Positions 34,301-47,092 of a stretch of DNA of 64,000 nucleotides are shown one piece after another. Source of the DNA: Klebsormidium nitens (Eukaryota > Plantae > Klebsormidiophyceae); contig DF236992.1 in the NCBI GenBank assembly GCA_000708835.1, positions 1 to 64,000 on the forward strand. Reading direction: 5' to 3'. The notes beneath the pieces are model-generated. The model was not told the origin of the DNA, did no database searches, and saw only the letters and a list, made by a program, of their open reading frames with translations. The position numbers were made by a program, and so were the translations under genes. Positions within the stretch are counted from its first letter, which is position 1; every line of letters starts with the position of its first letter.

Positions 34301-37300
34301 CAGTCTCGACCGGCCTACATGCAAGTCTAAGTTAGACGGACAGGCCCAGCTTCTCTCAACCCATTGATGCCTACCGTTCATATAGCCGAGCCTTCCGGCC
34401 ATGCTTGCTCCCAGCCTGTCAGAAACTTTGAAGAAGGTTTCGGATTTCGGCAACACTTACAGGAATGTTGCTCAACTATTCGTACCTGGCCAACAGGTGT
34501 CTGGCCAACTTTGCAGCAGTGAGTCTGGTAAAAGGGCGTGTAACCACTACTTAACCACTCATGTTTATCTCTCTGATCGCAGGACCAAGCCGAGGCATGT
34601 GCAGCCGAGTTCAAAGCGCAGCTCGCTGCCCGGGGAGTCCCCCCTTCAGTTCCGGACAACTGCCTGATAACGCCTGCCCTTCTGCTTAACGGCGTCGGTT
34701 GTTACAACTACACCACAATCCTGCAAAGGGTCCCGGCTCCTGTGTATGAGCAAATAGAGGCTGTGTGCAATCCGGCTACAAGCAATTGCAGCCAGTGCGT
34801 ACCGGTCTTCTTGTCCTTGGGTGCGGAGCTGGCTAATACCACTAGTACCACTTATCTCAACCAATGCATGCTCACTTTTGGGACGCAATACTTCGGCGGG
34901 TTCTCAACCATGGAAGATGTTACCGACCGGCTGAATTGCTTCTACCAATTTCCCCCGGGGTTAGAGCTAAGCCTTCCGAGCCCCCGGTCAAAGAGCAGCC
35001 GCCGTAACGTCGGCCTCATTACAGGCATAAGCACAGCGATTGCTGTAACGGTCGTAGCGTTTATCTGTCTTGCGTTACTTTTCTGGCGGCGCTCTTCGGT
35101 CCTGGTGGACGCGAAAACGCTCGATCGTATGGCGTCCTTGAAACGGAGCCCGAACAACAAAGGGCTCAAAGTGTTCAGTCGGAGGCAGCTGCGGCAGGCA
35201 ACAAACAACTTCGATGAAAGCGCGTTGATAGGCCAGGGCGGCTCAGGGAAGGTCTATGTGGGGCTGCTGAAAGGCCATGCAGTGGCGATCAAGGAAGCCT
35301 TGTATTCGTGCAACAGCAAACGCGGTGCGCAGGTAAGAATGGACGTGGTTGAGCTTTGCTTTTTTTCGGGATTGCTTTGGATCATCGAAGTTCTTGGCGC
35401 GTTTTCATAAGGTATCTGCAGGCATGCTTCGAGCGACGTTGAATGTCCCCGTTGCATCCATCCTGTATTGCCAGGAGCTTTGTGTTCTTTCTTACTTTGG
35501 TCCGTGCGACTCTGGATATTTCAGTCCTGGCCCAAGCTCGACTCTGCGAGGCTATTTGATGGTTTGTGCAAGAGGGTCCTGATTGTCAGCATGGATTCAA
35601 ACGCTTTTCAGCAAACGGGTTATGCGAAGAAATGTTCCTTCGGACTCTTTTTGCCGAATCTTGCTCCAGCTAAGGCCTGGGAGTATGAAGGCTCAATTCG
35701 TTCAAGAGAACCTCCCGTATGGACATGCCCGGCGTACGGGTCTTAGCGAAGTTCGAGGCATGTTTCTTACCATTTCACAAGAAGTGTGGGTTCACAATCT
35801 TGCCCGAGAAGCGCAAACTCGAACCGGCTGGTAATACGCAAAGAGTGCTCACGTAACCATGATTCAAAGGCCTTGGTTAACGGTGCTTTTCCCGTTGGTC
35901 GATCAACCTCGATTTATGCACGTATTGCAGGAAGCGTGGAACGAGCTTACTACGCTAGCCTGCTGCCGGCACCGCAACCTGGTGGTTCTCAAAGGATGTT
36001 GCGTCGATCGATCGCACATCAGGTGAAGGAAGTTTGTCAGCAACAGCGTTCAATCGCATGGAATACCTTTGTACGTTGGAAAGAAGGAACAAATTTGTGC
36101 TTTATGCGCTTGCATCAGCGCTTGGCAAAGTATCGACCTTGTCTGTATCTCTCCTGCGTACTAGCTTTTCTTTGTCAAAGACGATACTCGAGATGCTGTT
36201 CAAGCTCAGTAATCTATAGGGAGAGCAGGAGGTCGAGACACAGACAACCCGAGCGTCTCCCTGTCCGCAACAAGATGAACCTTTGCAGGCAGTAGAGGGG
36301 AATGAAAAATGGCCAGAGGTATTTCCAAGCTTGCTCGAAGCTTATCAGCCCTGCGGCTTTGCCCCCTTCGTGTCGGCGAAGCCTTTCAGCTAAGCGCACC
36401 CTTGATTCTGGGAAGTTAAAGAATTGCCAACTTCGTATCGCCCTTTCCTTGTCAGCTGCAAGGCTAGACGCTCTGGCATCAAGCGGGCTAAGAAGTTGAG
36501 TGCTCTGACTCTCGTTTTCATCCTTGCAGCCTTGTTTACGAGTTAATGGAAGAAGGCAGCCTGGAGGATCACCTCTTTGAAATTCATACGGACACTCAGA
36601 GGTGCCCGGGCAGAAGCATTACCGTCCGCTTCTTAGACTGGCCCACCCGCCTGAAGATCGCCCAGGGAACTGCCAGCGGTCTGGCTTATCTGCACGATGT
36701 AAGTCGCAATCCGCAAAAAGAGCGCGCTTTTTGAATTGCCGTGCAGGAACGTTACCGCCTTCCAAATCTGTTGAGCATGCTCGACTGCTGACCTGCAACG
36801 AGTGACGCGCTTTGGTCAGCTCTCAGTTCAGTCCCATGGTTGCAAGGTGTCGCTTAAAGTCAGCTTGTTGCAGGTCGAATGGGGTACAAGCGGCTTGTGC
36901 CTTGTCCAGGATTAGCTTGCAAAACGACGCTTGATAGGCGAAGCAGACGTAGCTGGAAAGGGGATGTCTGTCGAAGTTCTTTCAAGGACCGTTGAATGCA
37001 AGCACGGGCCTGTTTCTGCAACGATCAAGTGCCTTCAGTGTGTGCGGATCACACACTCCAATCTTTGTACCTCAACTCTCCAGGAGTGCACCCCCCGCAT
37101 CATACACCGAGACGTCAAACCGAGCAACATTCTGCTGACGTCGTCCACTTTCGAGCCGAAGCTCGCCGACTTTGGTCTTGCGAGGCTGGCCGCTTTTGAC
37201 GAGACGCACGTGACCACGGGTGAGCATAGAGCACCAGTCTAAACACTGATAGGAGAGAGATGTCGCTTCGATCATGGTTCCTACGGTCGAAGAAATCTGC

Positions 37301-39126
37301 TTCAGAGGAAATTGTGGCCCCCTCAACCATGTCTCGATCAATTTGATGGCCAGATAATATTCTCGTGGTGAACTTTTCACTGCGGTTAGGTTAAATCGCT
37401 TCTCAACCAATACCTCTTGATCCTTGTCGACGCATCTGACCGTGGCACACGTCTTTCGTGTTTGTGGTGAGGCCTTTTCCCTCAACCTCTAAGAAGTGTC
37501 TCCTTGTCGGTCTTCGTCGGGTGCCTACTACACGACAGTCCAAGCAAACACTCCCGGGGCGACCGAGCCACAGAATCAGCCGGTACTTTGACCTAGCGGA
37601 GCCAACAACCCAACCCGATCTCAAAGCTGTCTTTCAAGCAATCAAGCCAAAAGTGACTTTCTGTGATCTACCCCTACAGGGATTGCGGGCACGTGGGGTT
37701 ACCTGAGCCCCGAGTATATGGCCGCCGGGCAGCTGACGGAGAAGGCTGACGTGTACAGCTTCGGGGTGGTGCTGCTGACGTTGCTGGCCGGCCGACGGCC
37801 TCAGTTACCAGACGCACCAGCGGACGAGGTGCGGACACGTGGCTACTCGATCCTTATGACACGTGGCTACTGGAATGTTGACACAACCTTGTTCTGTGTG
37901 CCCCAGATTTGTCCTTGTGCTCTGCTTCTTTGTTTTGAGCAAGAGGAAAGAACAGGGAGCACTCTCATCTCTTTAAAGCTGGATGCAGAGGCTAAATTTG
38001 GATGAGTAGGCGAGTGATTCGGATGTGCATAGTGTTCCACCATCCAAGCGGTTGTTTTCTCGGAGGATCAGGGGATCATCTTTCTAGATGTACAATCGTA
38101 CTGTTGTCGTAGATTTTATGAAGCGGACAGTTACCTTGCTGCCCTGAATCGCATGTTGAAAGCATGGCGCTGGTGCCTGCGAGTTCCCTTCTCACGCTTT
38201 CCATACTTCATTCAGGTTTTCTTGCCGGAGTGGGCTTGGAGTCTGGCGGAACGGAATGAGCTGGGGCTGCTAATTGATCCGCGGCTCGAGAAGGAACGGA
38301 ACGAACACGGCGACAGCATGGACCGGATGACAAGGGTAAGAAGTGTTCTGTAACGGAAAGAAGTTACTCGTTTTCAATTGCATATCATTGGTAGCTTCTG
38401 TCGCTCTCCTACGATTCAGCTCGGAGTCGTACCTTCCTAAGAGTCGGCTCCAATAGGCTGGTCGCTCGCACTTCGTGTGGCTTCTCTCAAGTACCTTTGG
38501 TCGTACTCTGAAAAGCGTACGGTCAGATGAAGGATGCTGAATGAGGCTTATAAAGGTCCGCACGGTTTCAGGGGCGTGTCTTTCTCGAGGAAGCTTGTCT
38601 GAAAGGATGGACGAGTTCGGAGGATATGAGAAGCCAGTGCTTAAGTGGCAAGGCTCGTAATGAGAAAGCCTGTTCTCAGCACATGCGGTTTATTTACTCG
38701 TCTGAAGACTTTAGTCCTAGGAGACGCCTTTAGTTGTGCTTCTCGATCCAGCTTGCCCACGAGAGCAATTTTCAATCAGTATTGACGCACACCTTTTGGA
38801 ACGCTGCAGTACATATGCGTAGTGCCCAGCGAATGAGCTACGTCTGGACAGAATCTGCGCGTATCTGAAGCATGTACTCTGTTATTTCACTGACTTCAGC
38901 TTTCGTTTTGCGCACGTGCCAGCTCGCCCTCTTTTGCGTCCACACCGCCACCGCCATCCGCCCAAGCATGCGTCGGTGCGCGGACATTCTTACAAACAGT
39001 CTAGAGGTTCCGCCCCTTCCTTATCGACCCGTGACCCTCCATACGATCGCGTCCATGTCGTCGTCCGACTCCTCAGCGGTCGCCTCAGCTGTTACTGATC
39101 CCAGTAGCCGACACTCATTGGACTAG
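31304..39126 (+). CDS. Receptor-like Ser/Thr kinase (RLK/Pelle, RD type) with signal peptide, two tandem Cys-rich SPARK-like ectodomains, transmembrane helix and kinase domain
   Basis: Phase-consistent exons 31304-31502, 31983-32101, 32482-32635, 33009-33131, 33694-33962, 34583-35332, 35931-36022, 36530-36698, 37084-37219, 37680-37828, 38216-38335, 38923-39126. Signal peptide [16 protein letters not shown] and transmembrane [25 protein letters not shown]. Kinase motifs [60 protein letters not shown]. Confidence 0.92.
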
Positions 39127-40280
39127 AGGCTGACGGTCAGATTACGAGTAGTAAGTGTGCGAAAGAAAGCTTTGTTTCAGCGATTGGGGAAGGTCGTATG
39201 TAATCCAAGCTTGATCATAGATTGCGTCAAAATGCCTAAACAAGGAATGAGTTCATCATGTCTAAACGGTCTACCAGACAAGCGGAAAAGTGGCGTATTT
39301 ATTTGGACTGAGTTAGATATGCGGCCAAGAATGTTCTGAAACGTCCCTAGCTGAAGGACCGTTTGTAAACAGGACTTGATAACGCGAGCTATATTACGTT
39401 GATAAAATTCAAAAGTGTGTGGTAACGACAGGCCTGCGACCTTATGGAAGCGCCAGGCCCCTATGGTTCATAGGCTATGCCGGAGGGGTCGGGGGTCGGG
39501 ATGCCCGGCCCCGGCGGTGAAGTGACCGGGCTGGGTTGGGTGGAAATGCAAGGTCGCGCCAACTGCGCCTCAGGCTTGCGAGGCGCGGCGGGGCCTCGCA
39601 AGCGCGGCCGCGGCACGTGAACCGCTGGTGTCATATGATAACGCTTCACGGTGAAGATGATTGGAGACTATATGCGAAGGAGGATCTATAATTCAAGGAC
39701 GCTTGTGGCGCCGCGAGCTTTGCTCAACAGCAAGTGGCAGCAATTCAATAAAGGGCAAGAATCCAAGAGCTAGGGGAAAAGCACTCGGGTCTGTCTCAAT
39801 GCATATGGTTGTCGCAATGGTTCAGACTATGCACTTGCACTGAGCGGCGCACGGCTTGCACTTCCATTCGTGTCGACCATGAGATTCGCTCGATCTAGTT
39901 GACCGCTGCTTTGCTGTGCTGCGCTGCCAAGTGCCAAATATCATAGGCTCTCGCTCACTCTCAAAGTTTTACTACCGACGTCAGTTTGGCACGCTTTGGC
40001 GGGCGTACTTAGGATTGACTTCAACGGCCAGCTTACGAGTAGCTTTCTGGAATTGAATACAGCCCGTTTGCGTGCGGCTTGCACGGTATACAGAAAAGCA
40101 TGAAGCAATTGCGCCCTCTCTCCTCCCTATCATAATCAGCGAAGCACTCATCTCTCGGAGCAAAGTCAGCAAACCGCTTATTGGATCCGAGTCGAGCCGC
40201 GAGTTGAGTCGAGCCGCGAATATAAGCTTCAGAGACAACTCCAAGTCGATTACAAGAACTTCTGGCATCTCGAGCCTTCA

Positions 40281-43200
40281 CTATCGATCCTGCCCCGGCG
40301 GAAGCGTCAACGGTTGAGGAATCGCGCCGGCCTGTGATGTCGTGACATTGTTGTACGCGAGCCACGCGCGCTTGGCGACGCCCTCCCGCATCTCCAGACG
40401 CGCCACGTGGCGCTCCATCTCTCGCCGCAGATCAATAAGCCGCACCTGGAAGGCGCTGTACACGGCGTTGTGCTCCTTCATGTCTTCTGCAGGGAAGCAA
40501 AAAGTATTGCAGTCTGGGGGGCAGGATGAGAGACGAAAACGCTAGCTGAGGTCTGGAGCAGCCCAGAGGCGCCGCAAATGGCTCCGAGTTGTCTGCGGAG
40601 AAGCCTGATTGACAGGTTTCACGCCGGAAGGTAGAACAGGAGAAGCGAGCAAGACGGTCCAAGATCAACTTTACAGATGTTTTAAGGGTTTTAAGGGTAC
40701 ACTGCACGGACCACGAGCTGAGAAAAAGGCGACATACATAGTCCTCATGACATGAAATCTACTCAATTCCTTTTATCGGCAGTATAAAGTGTACCAAACA
40801 AGGCTGGCGATGCCCTTGCGAGGAGCAAGGGTCCATCCGGAGACTTTGCATGATCATGACTTGAGAGGCAAGTATCATGTCTTAAGGCGGATGCACTTCA
40901 ACTGAAAGGTTTTAATCAAGAGGAACAACTCGTCTGGCCGCAAGCAATCGTTGAGAAATGCGAATTGATCCGACGGCAAGAGCCGAAAGCGCGCCCAGTA
41001 TCCAGCAAGTGCGAGATCTCACTCGCGTGCAGCGCGGCCGCGACTTCGATCCCGAGCCGCTCCCCAACGGCGCGCCGCTTCGCGATCGCCTCCAGCTCCG
41101 TCGCGCGCGCGTCCTCCGCCGCACGCTTCAGCGCGTCCCACTCCTTGCGCGCCCGCGCACGCGCCTTAGAGGCCAGGTAACCCAAGCTGTCGTCGAAGGC
41201 CTTCGTGGCGCCCAGCTCCTTGAAGACTTCAACGGCGTTCAGGTCGAGCTCCGGGGGCAGGACATCTGGCCAAAGAGGGACCGTTCGATGGGTTCGAGTC
41301 CGTGTCAGATGGGCACGCGCTCTTTGCTCGTTTCCCGATATTCGTAACTATGATTTCTACAATCAACTGAACTAGGCCTGACGTCTTCAAAGAGACCACA
41401 GCGTCCACCGAAAAGGACAGCGTTGTCAAAGCTTGGCTGACTCGACAAGATCCTCCTTCCATCCTTCGTGATTCTGGCCGTCTCCGATGCAATTGAGATC
41501 TTTTCTTTTGATCTGATACCGATCATCGGTGCGATCAAAAGACTTTGCACATGTCGTGTGACTGGGAGGCCGTCCGCGGCACGCTATGATCGGGTCAAGT
41601 CGTAAAAGCAAGTTTGGACAAGAGATGAGAATTTGCGTGCAAAGGCATTCTCTGTTTCCGTGCCGATCACCGTGCTGGCTCCTGATCCACCCAAAACAAG
41701 TTACTCATTGCTTCGAACCCACACTGGCTATCAAAACGCTCCGGTGGCCCCAAAGCTTTGAAGCACGGCGCGAATAAGAGCTGCCTTGAGTTACTTTAGT
41801 GTCTGGCGAAGCGCCTTAGAAAAAATCGTATTCAGCAGGCCGGGGCGACTTACCGAGCAGATCCATGATCGCCCACATGCACCGTTCCTTTGCCTCCTTC
41901 ACCCCCTTACACCCCCCCTTTTCCCCGGCCATTTCGGTCCCCTGGCCAGCGCTCTCGGACTCCAGACCCTCCCGGTCGTCAGCATCTGACACGTGGCGCC
42001 GTCCCCGCTTGTTCGCCCGCGCGCGCAGCGAGTACACCAACGCCTCGATTGCCTCCTGCTCGCCGTCCCCGCCGATGTGAACAGGCCCCTGCGCGCGCGC
42101 AGCATTGCGGGGCGCATTCGCACACTTCCCCTTCCGGCCCCGCGGCGAGCCGAGGCCTTCGCTCTTGTTCCGCTGGTTCGCCGCTTCCGCCAGGACCCAG
42201 GCCGCTTCCTCGGGGCGGATTCCGGCGGAGAACTTGCCATCTCTTTTCCGGTTCTGCCGTTCCGCCACTAGCTGATGCAGCGTCTTTCCGTCCGATCCGT
42301 TTCCGTCTCCTTCCGCTCGTCCCGTTCCGCCACTCCGCTTTGCTGGCTTCCGAACGCGCTTGATTCCTTGGGTGTGGGTCTCTGCGGCAGTCGCAAGCGC
42401 TTCCATGCCTCCGTCTTCCATTCCTTTCCGCTTCTTCCGGCGTTCTGGTTTGCCTTCCTTCTTCGCCTCCTTCTTTTGTTGTCCTGCCAGAGACCGGCAT
42501 TCTCGTCAAGACGCATAGACACATCGCTTCTCGAGACCAATCTTTTCACGCATCGTTTCGCTTCCTTTCAACATTTCTGTTCTCGGCAAATGAAAATGTA
42601 AAGTGAGATGTGATGCTGACGATTGACCACTCGTCGACAATAGTTTCATGCGGTCCAACGTGATTCAAGCGACGTGACAAGGTCTGAAAGCCTGGAGAAA
42701 AGATTCCGAGACTTTTTAAATCCCGGTCTGACATTATATGAACTCCGTTCAAGGACAATCAAAGATCCATTTTAGATCCCCACGGTCTGTCAAAGACTTA
42801 CATGAGTGACTTGATCTGGACCTGATCGACGTTAGTTATTTTATGCATTCAAGGAAGGCTTTAATTTCTCTCTTACCAGACTTTTGCTGCAAGCTGGTTG
42901 TAGGCAACCTGCTGCAAGAAGGTGGCGTTTCCTATCTGATCGTGCCGAAAGCTCTCCAGTACGAGGGCCGGCTTGCCGGCTTGGTCCTTGGTAGACAACA
43001 AGCAAGGAATCGCGTCGCACAATCGTGGACCCCAGAACGGATCGCTTGCATTCATAGGAGCCAATACGAGCCGATACGAGCAATACGTGCATCGTTTGCC
43101 TTGACGAACGAACAAACGACACACCTGATAAGCGGGCTTCTGCCTTAATTTTAAGACCCTAGAACCCCTCAACCCCTGAAACAATAACCCTAAAATCTTG

Positions 43201-44155
43201 GGTTCTGACATCCAGACGGTCAAAACTTACTGGGCACCGGGGTCTCTCCCCGCACCCTCGTCTCCAGGGCCCCCTTGGTCGGTGCCCCGAGCGCCATCTT
43301 CGCGCAGATGATCCTCTTTAGCTCCTTCACTCGGACCGTCTTCCTGTGGACGTCGTTCTCCCCGGTCACGATGAAGTGCACCAGCGACAGCAGTGGCTGG
43401 TTCATCGCCCAGACCGCGTCGGCGTCCAACCGCGCGCGCTCGCGCTCGAGGCGCGCGCGCAGCGCGGCCGCGCCGCGCGCCTTGACCGCCTCCTCCATCG
43501 CGTACAGCAGGCCGCGGTCGTTGTTGACGGCCCAGTTGAGCGCGCTCCATTTCGGGGGGTCGCTCACCAGGTCTTCCAACAGCTGCTCGACGGGGGGGAG
43601 CGCGCAGCTGGCGGCCGGCTTTTGGTCGGGGTTTAGCGCGGGGTTTGGGCTGGGATCTCGGGCGGGGTTGAGGGTGATGGGACTGGTGCCGCCGTTTGAA
43701 GAGGAATCCGGGTTAGAGTGAGGGTCGAGCTTTGAGTCGAGGCGACTGGTGCCAGGATCGATGTCCGGGAAGGGGTCTGAGCCAGGCTTTACGTCAGCGA
43801 TTCGAGCGGAATCTTGTGCGGCATTCTGAGCGGACTCCGCGCCAACTTCGAGCGCGAGGTTTGGCTGATCATGTTCTGGAATGGCCGAATTCACAGCGAA
43901 TTCTTCCTCAGGCTTGGATTGATGCGTAGAGTTTTGCGCAGCTTGAAAACCCTGCGCGGGGTTTGGGCCCTGGCTGCGGCGCTCGTCGGACGTGGGCGGG
44001 GTGTCGGGGAAAAGTGGCCGGGACAGTGCTGGCGACATAATCCCGGGCGCAGCTTGAGGTTCAGATTTGGGAGTGAGGCAGGGGCTTGTGCCTGGGGCGA
44101 ATTCTGCTGCAGGACTCGTGGTCGGGGAAGTCTCCCGGGCTGTGCCAGTCGCCAT
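40281..44155 (-). CDS. Four-exon protein of unknown function (~675 aa; Pro/Ser-rich N-terminus, helical middle domain, basic linker, C-terminal coiled coil)
   Basis: Exons 44155-43231, 42483-41854, 41265-41023 and 40486-40281 join in frame through canonical GT-AG sites. Exons are strongly GC-biased. No family recognised. Confidence 0.75.
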
Positions 44156-47092
44156 TTCGCGTTGGAACTTAACGGGATGTTCTTCGTCAGCTTCGCGGCG
44201 CTTTTGTCCGAGAAACGGCTCTAGAGCGTGTTACCTGGAAGGAAAGAGGAAGGCGCTTTGGACTGGGTCCGTTGTATTGTTTGGTTTCTTGGCGAAATGA
44301 AGTGACGAAAGCGTGATGCTTTTTGGCACAGTGGAGAATTTGTGGGACTACATTTCATAGTGTCTGCTTTTAGGCTCAAGAGAGACAACGTAGATTTTAG
44401 GCAGAATTTCGGATCTCTATTTCCTCAGTGAGAAGGCCCGTATAGGACATAATCAATGTCGAAGATATTCCTCAGAGGTCAGTCCAGCACATCATGCTTA
44501 CTCAGATCAGCCCGATACGGCATCAATTTCAAAAGATGCCAATTCAGGCTACAACGAGAGGGCACTAACAAGAATCAGCAACTGAGCTTAAAGACAAAAG
44601 AAAGGTTCATCCCTTACAATGATCACCGTGTTCTTCCACTCTTTTGAACCCTAAGCAGCAGGGATTAGACGTGCTTTGAGCTTCTGTCTTTCTCGACGCC
44701 AATCTACAACACAACAGATCGTCTAAGCACTCCAAACTCGAGTTCGAGAAGAATCATGACAAATCCACGTCAAGGTGCACAGAAGAACCTCTAATGAGAC
44801 CTCGGAGACTCTTTACCTCGTATTTACAGCTTCGACTGCCAGACTGCTGAAAATCAAGACAAGAACTAACATGCCTATGCTAAGAATTGCTCCTGCGAAA
44901 ATCTGGTGGGGCGTCAGCTTTGATCCTCCTCCAATCAATCACGGTGCCTGACAATTCTTCTCAGGGATCCGTGTTTCATCGCAAACCCCTCGAAACCTCC
45001 CGAATCATCAGCAAAACCTTGGACTCAAAATCAAGTCAATTCAGCTTGAGATTCAAACGTAGATCGTCCATTTTGGTGATAAAGCCTTGCAAACCAGGGT
45101 TATAGAATCGGTCACCGACTGATGGCATTTCGGACTTGAGTATGGGAAGCGACGAAAGCGATCCTTGTTCCCAAGAACAAAATCATCAAGGAAGCCGGAG
45201 GCAATGGTAACGCATGCAAGGATCTTCAGAAAACAGTCTTGCTAACCTTCAAAAAGGTGTCAAAGGCTCTTCTCGAAACTTCGAAGCAGCATGCGCGAAA
45301 GCCTTTCTATTTCACGAGAAAGAGAAATGCGATTCAGCGGAAACCCCCATGGGAATCCTCAGCGCCTGACTACGCAGTATGACTGCGCGTCGTCGCTTTG
45401 CTTCTTAAGAAACAAGCTTCTTCGTTTGAACTGGCCCCAACATATACGAAGCCCTTTGCCAGGTGGTATTCGTATCATTTGCAAGGACATATGGTTGATT
45501 GGCACTCACCACAATCAAGCAGCTCGCTCCAAACTCCATGCATGTGCTCCGCTTCGCAGATCCAACCGTCCTGCTGTCAAGGCCATTTCACGTCGTTGAG
45601 ATCAGCGCCCGAGCCAGATCTGAAGAAACAACTCCTTTAGCTGCCCCTTAATATTGTGTCTACTTGACTTCGTGCCTTATTTGCTCCTCAAAAAGGCCTT
45701 CAGCACAATTGGTCCTTGTGAAACTCGCAATTACCCTAAGGATCCTCGTGGGTGGATCCTGGCTTAACCCTCCTGCTGCTTACCGGCGCAACTTGACATC
45801 CATAGGGTTCAATAAGAGGCGATTTGATGAATGGTCTCTTTTCCAAGTCCCGCCTGCGCAAAAGGCCTACGCGCTTAAACCTCGTGGCCTAAGTGAGGGG
45901 TGTCGTCGCCACAGAGGAAAGATAGCTGAAAGTGGTGAGGTCAAAACCCGGTAAGCCTCAAGTCGCGTTCAGCTCGCTCTGAGAAGTTTCCAGTCTTCTA
46001 CGAGATCGCGCAGGTTGCAGCGCAAATTGAACTCTTGCTTCTTGTGTTCACAATCCTGACAAATTTGACACTCCGATCACTTGGTGCGTGCTCCAAACGA
46101 TTCAGACAGGCTTTCCGCCCGCCCGCGCTGACTACTTCTTGAACAACCCCACAACTCACAGCTGTTGGAAGTGTCAACTTCCACGTCGATTGACGTCAGC
46201 ATCCGGAAGACGGGTTAAACGCAGGCGCGACTATTGTCAACGAAGGCAATCGAAAGACTGGATGGGGCTGGTCAGCGAAAAGTTTGGATTAGATTTGGGT
46301 TAGCGGGCTGGGTTGGATGTCGTCACTTTCCCTCTGCTTTGACAGGGTCACTGCTTCAGGAGAGTTTGAGATCGGGTCCTCGTGAATCCGGAGTCGGGGC
46401 AATATTGCGATCTCGCAAGGAACATGCTGAGAAATGCTAAAAGTGCGTGCCGCGCCGATTGCAGAATGCAATTTGCTGACCCCTCGATCGATCCACTATA
46501 TCAACGATTGTGCGTCTATACTACGAGCTTTTCGTCCTTTTCAAATCCAACTTTTGTTGAACCCCTCAGGTAATTGCCTATACAGCCTATACCTACCAAT
46601 GCAGCATGCTTTTGAATGTCCTTCTAGCTGCATGCGCACTCGGCGAAGTACCCGCGGAGTCGCGCGAAGATCCTTATATATAGTTGATAGGAGAGGGCCG
46701 CTTATACAGTTATGCATTTCCTTCAAAATTTCAAACAATGCACATATATCACCGAGCGAAAAACATGCATATGTACAAAACGCTTATTGGCTTATAAACT
46801 TCTATAATGTATACATGAGTTGCACAAAGATCCTGATTGCGGTTGGTCAAGAGACTGCTGCACGCAGCTCCTCAACATGAGCCAAATAAATGAGGAACGA
46901 TCAATCGTCGTCATGCGCATGTGACGAGAAGATTGCTTTGCAGCATGCAGTCGGGACGACCAAGCCTTTTTGGTGACAGACCGTCTATAACATCACCCTA
47001 GCTCTGTTGCTGATCCATTTACACAATGTTCACTGCTGAATTGGGCGTGACGCGGTTACTCGCACTTTTTTGCGATTATGGCAATCAGAAAA

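Noticed and set aside
12808-43200. Telomere-like CCCTAAA/TTTTAAGGG snippets (near 12810-12850, 13430-13490, 14630-14645, 40680-40698, 43155-43198)
   Set aside because: Short, degenerate and intronic; too few units to call interstitial telomeres.
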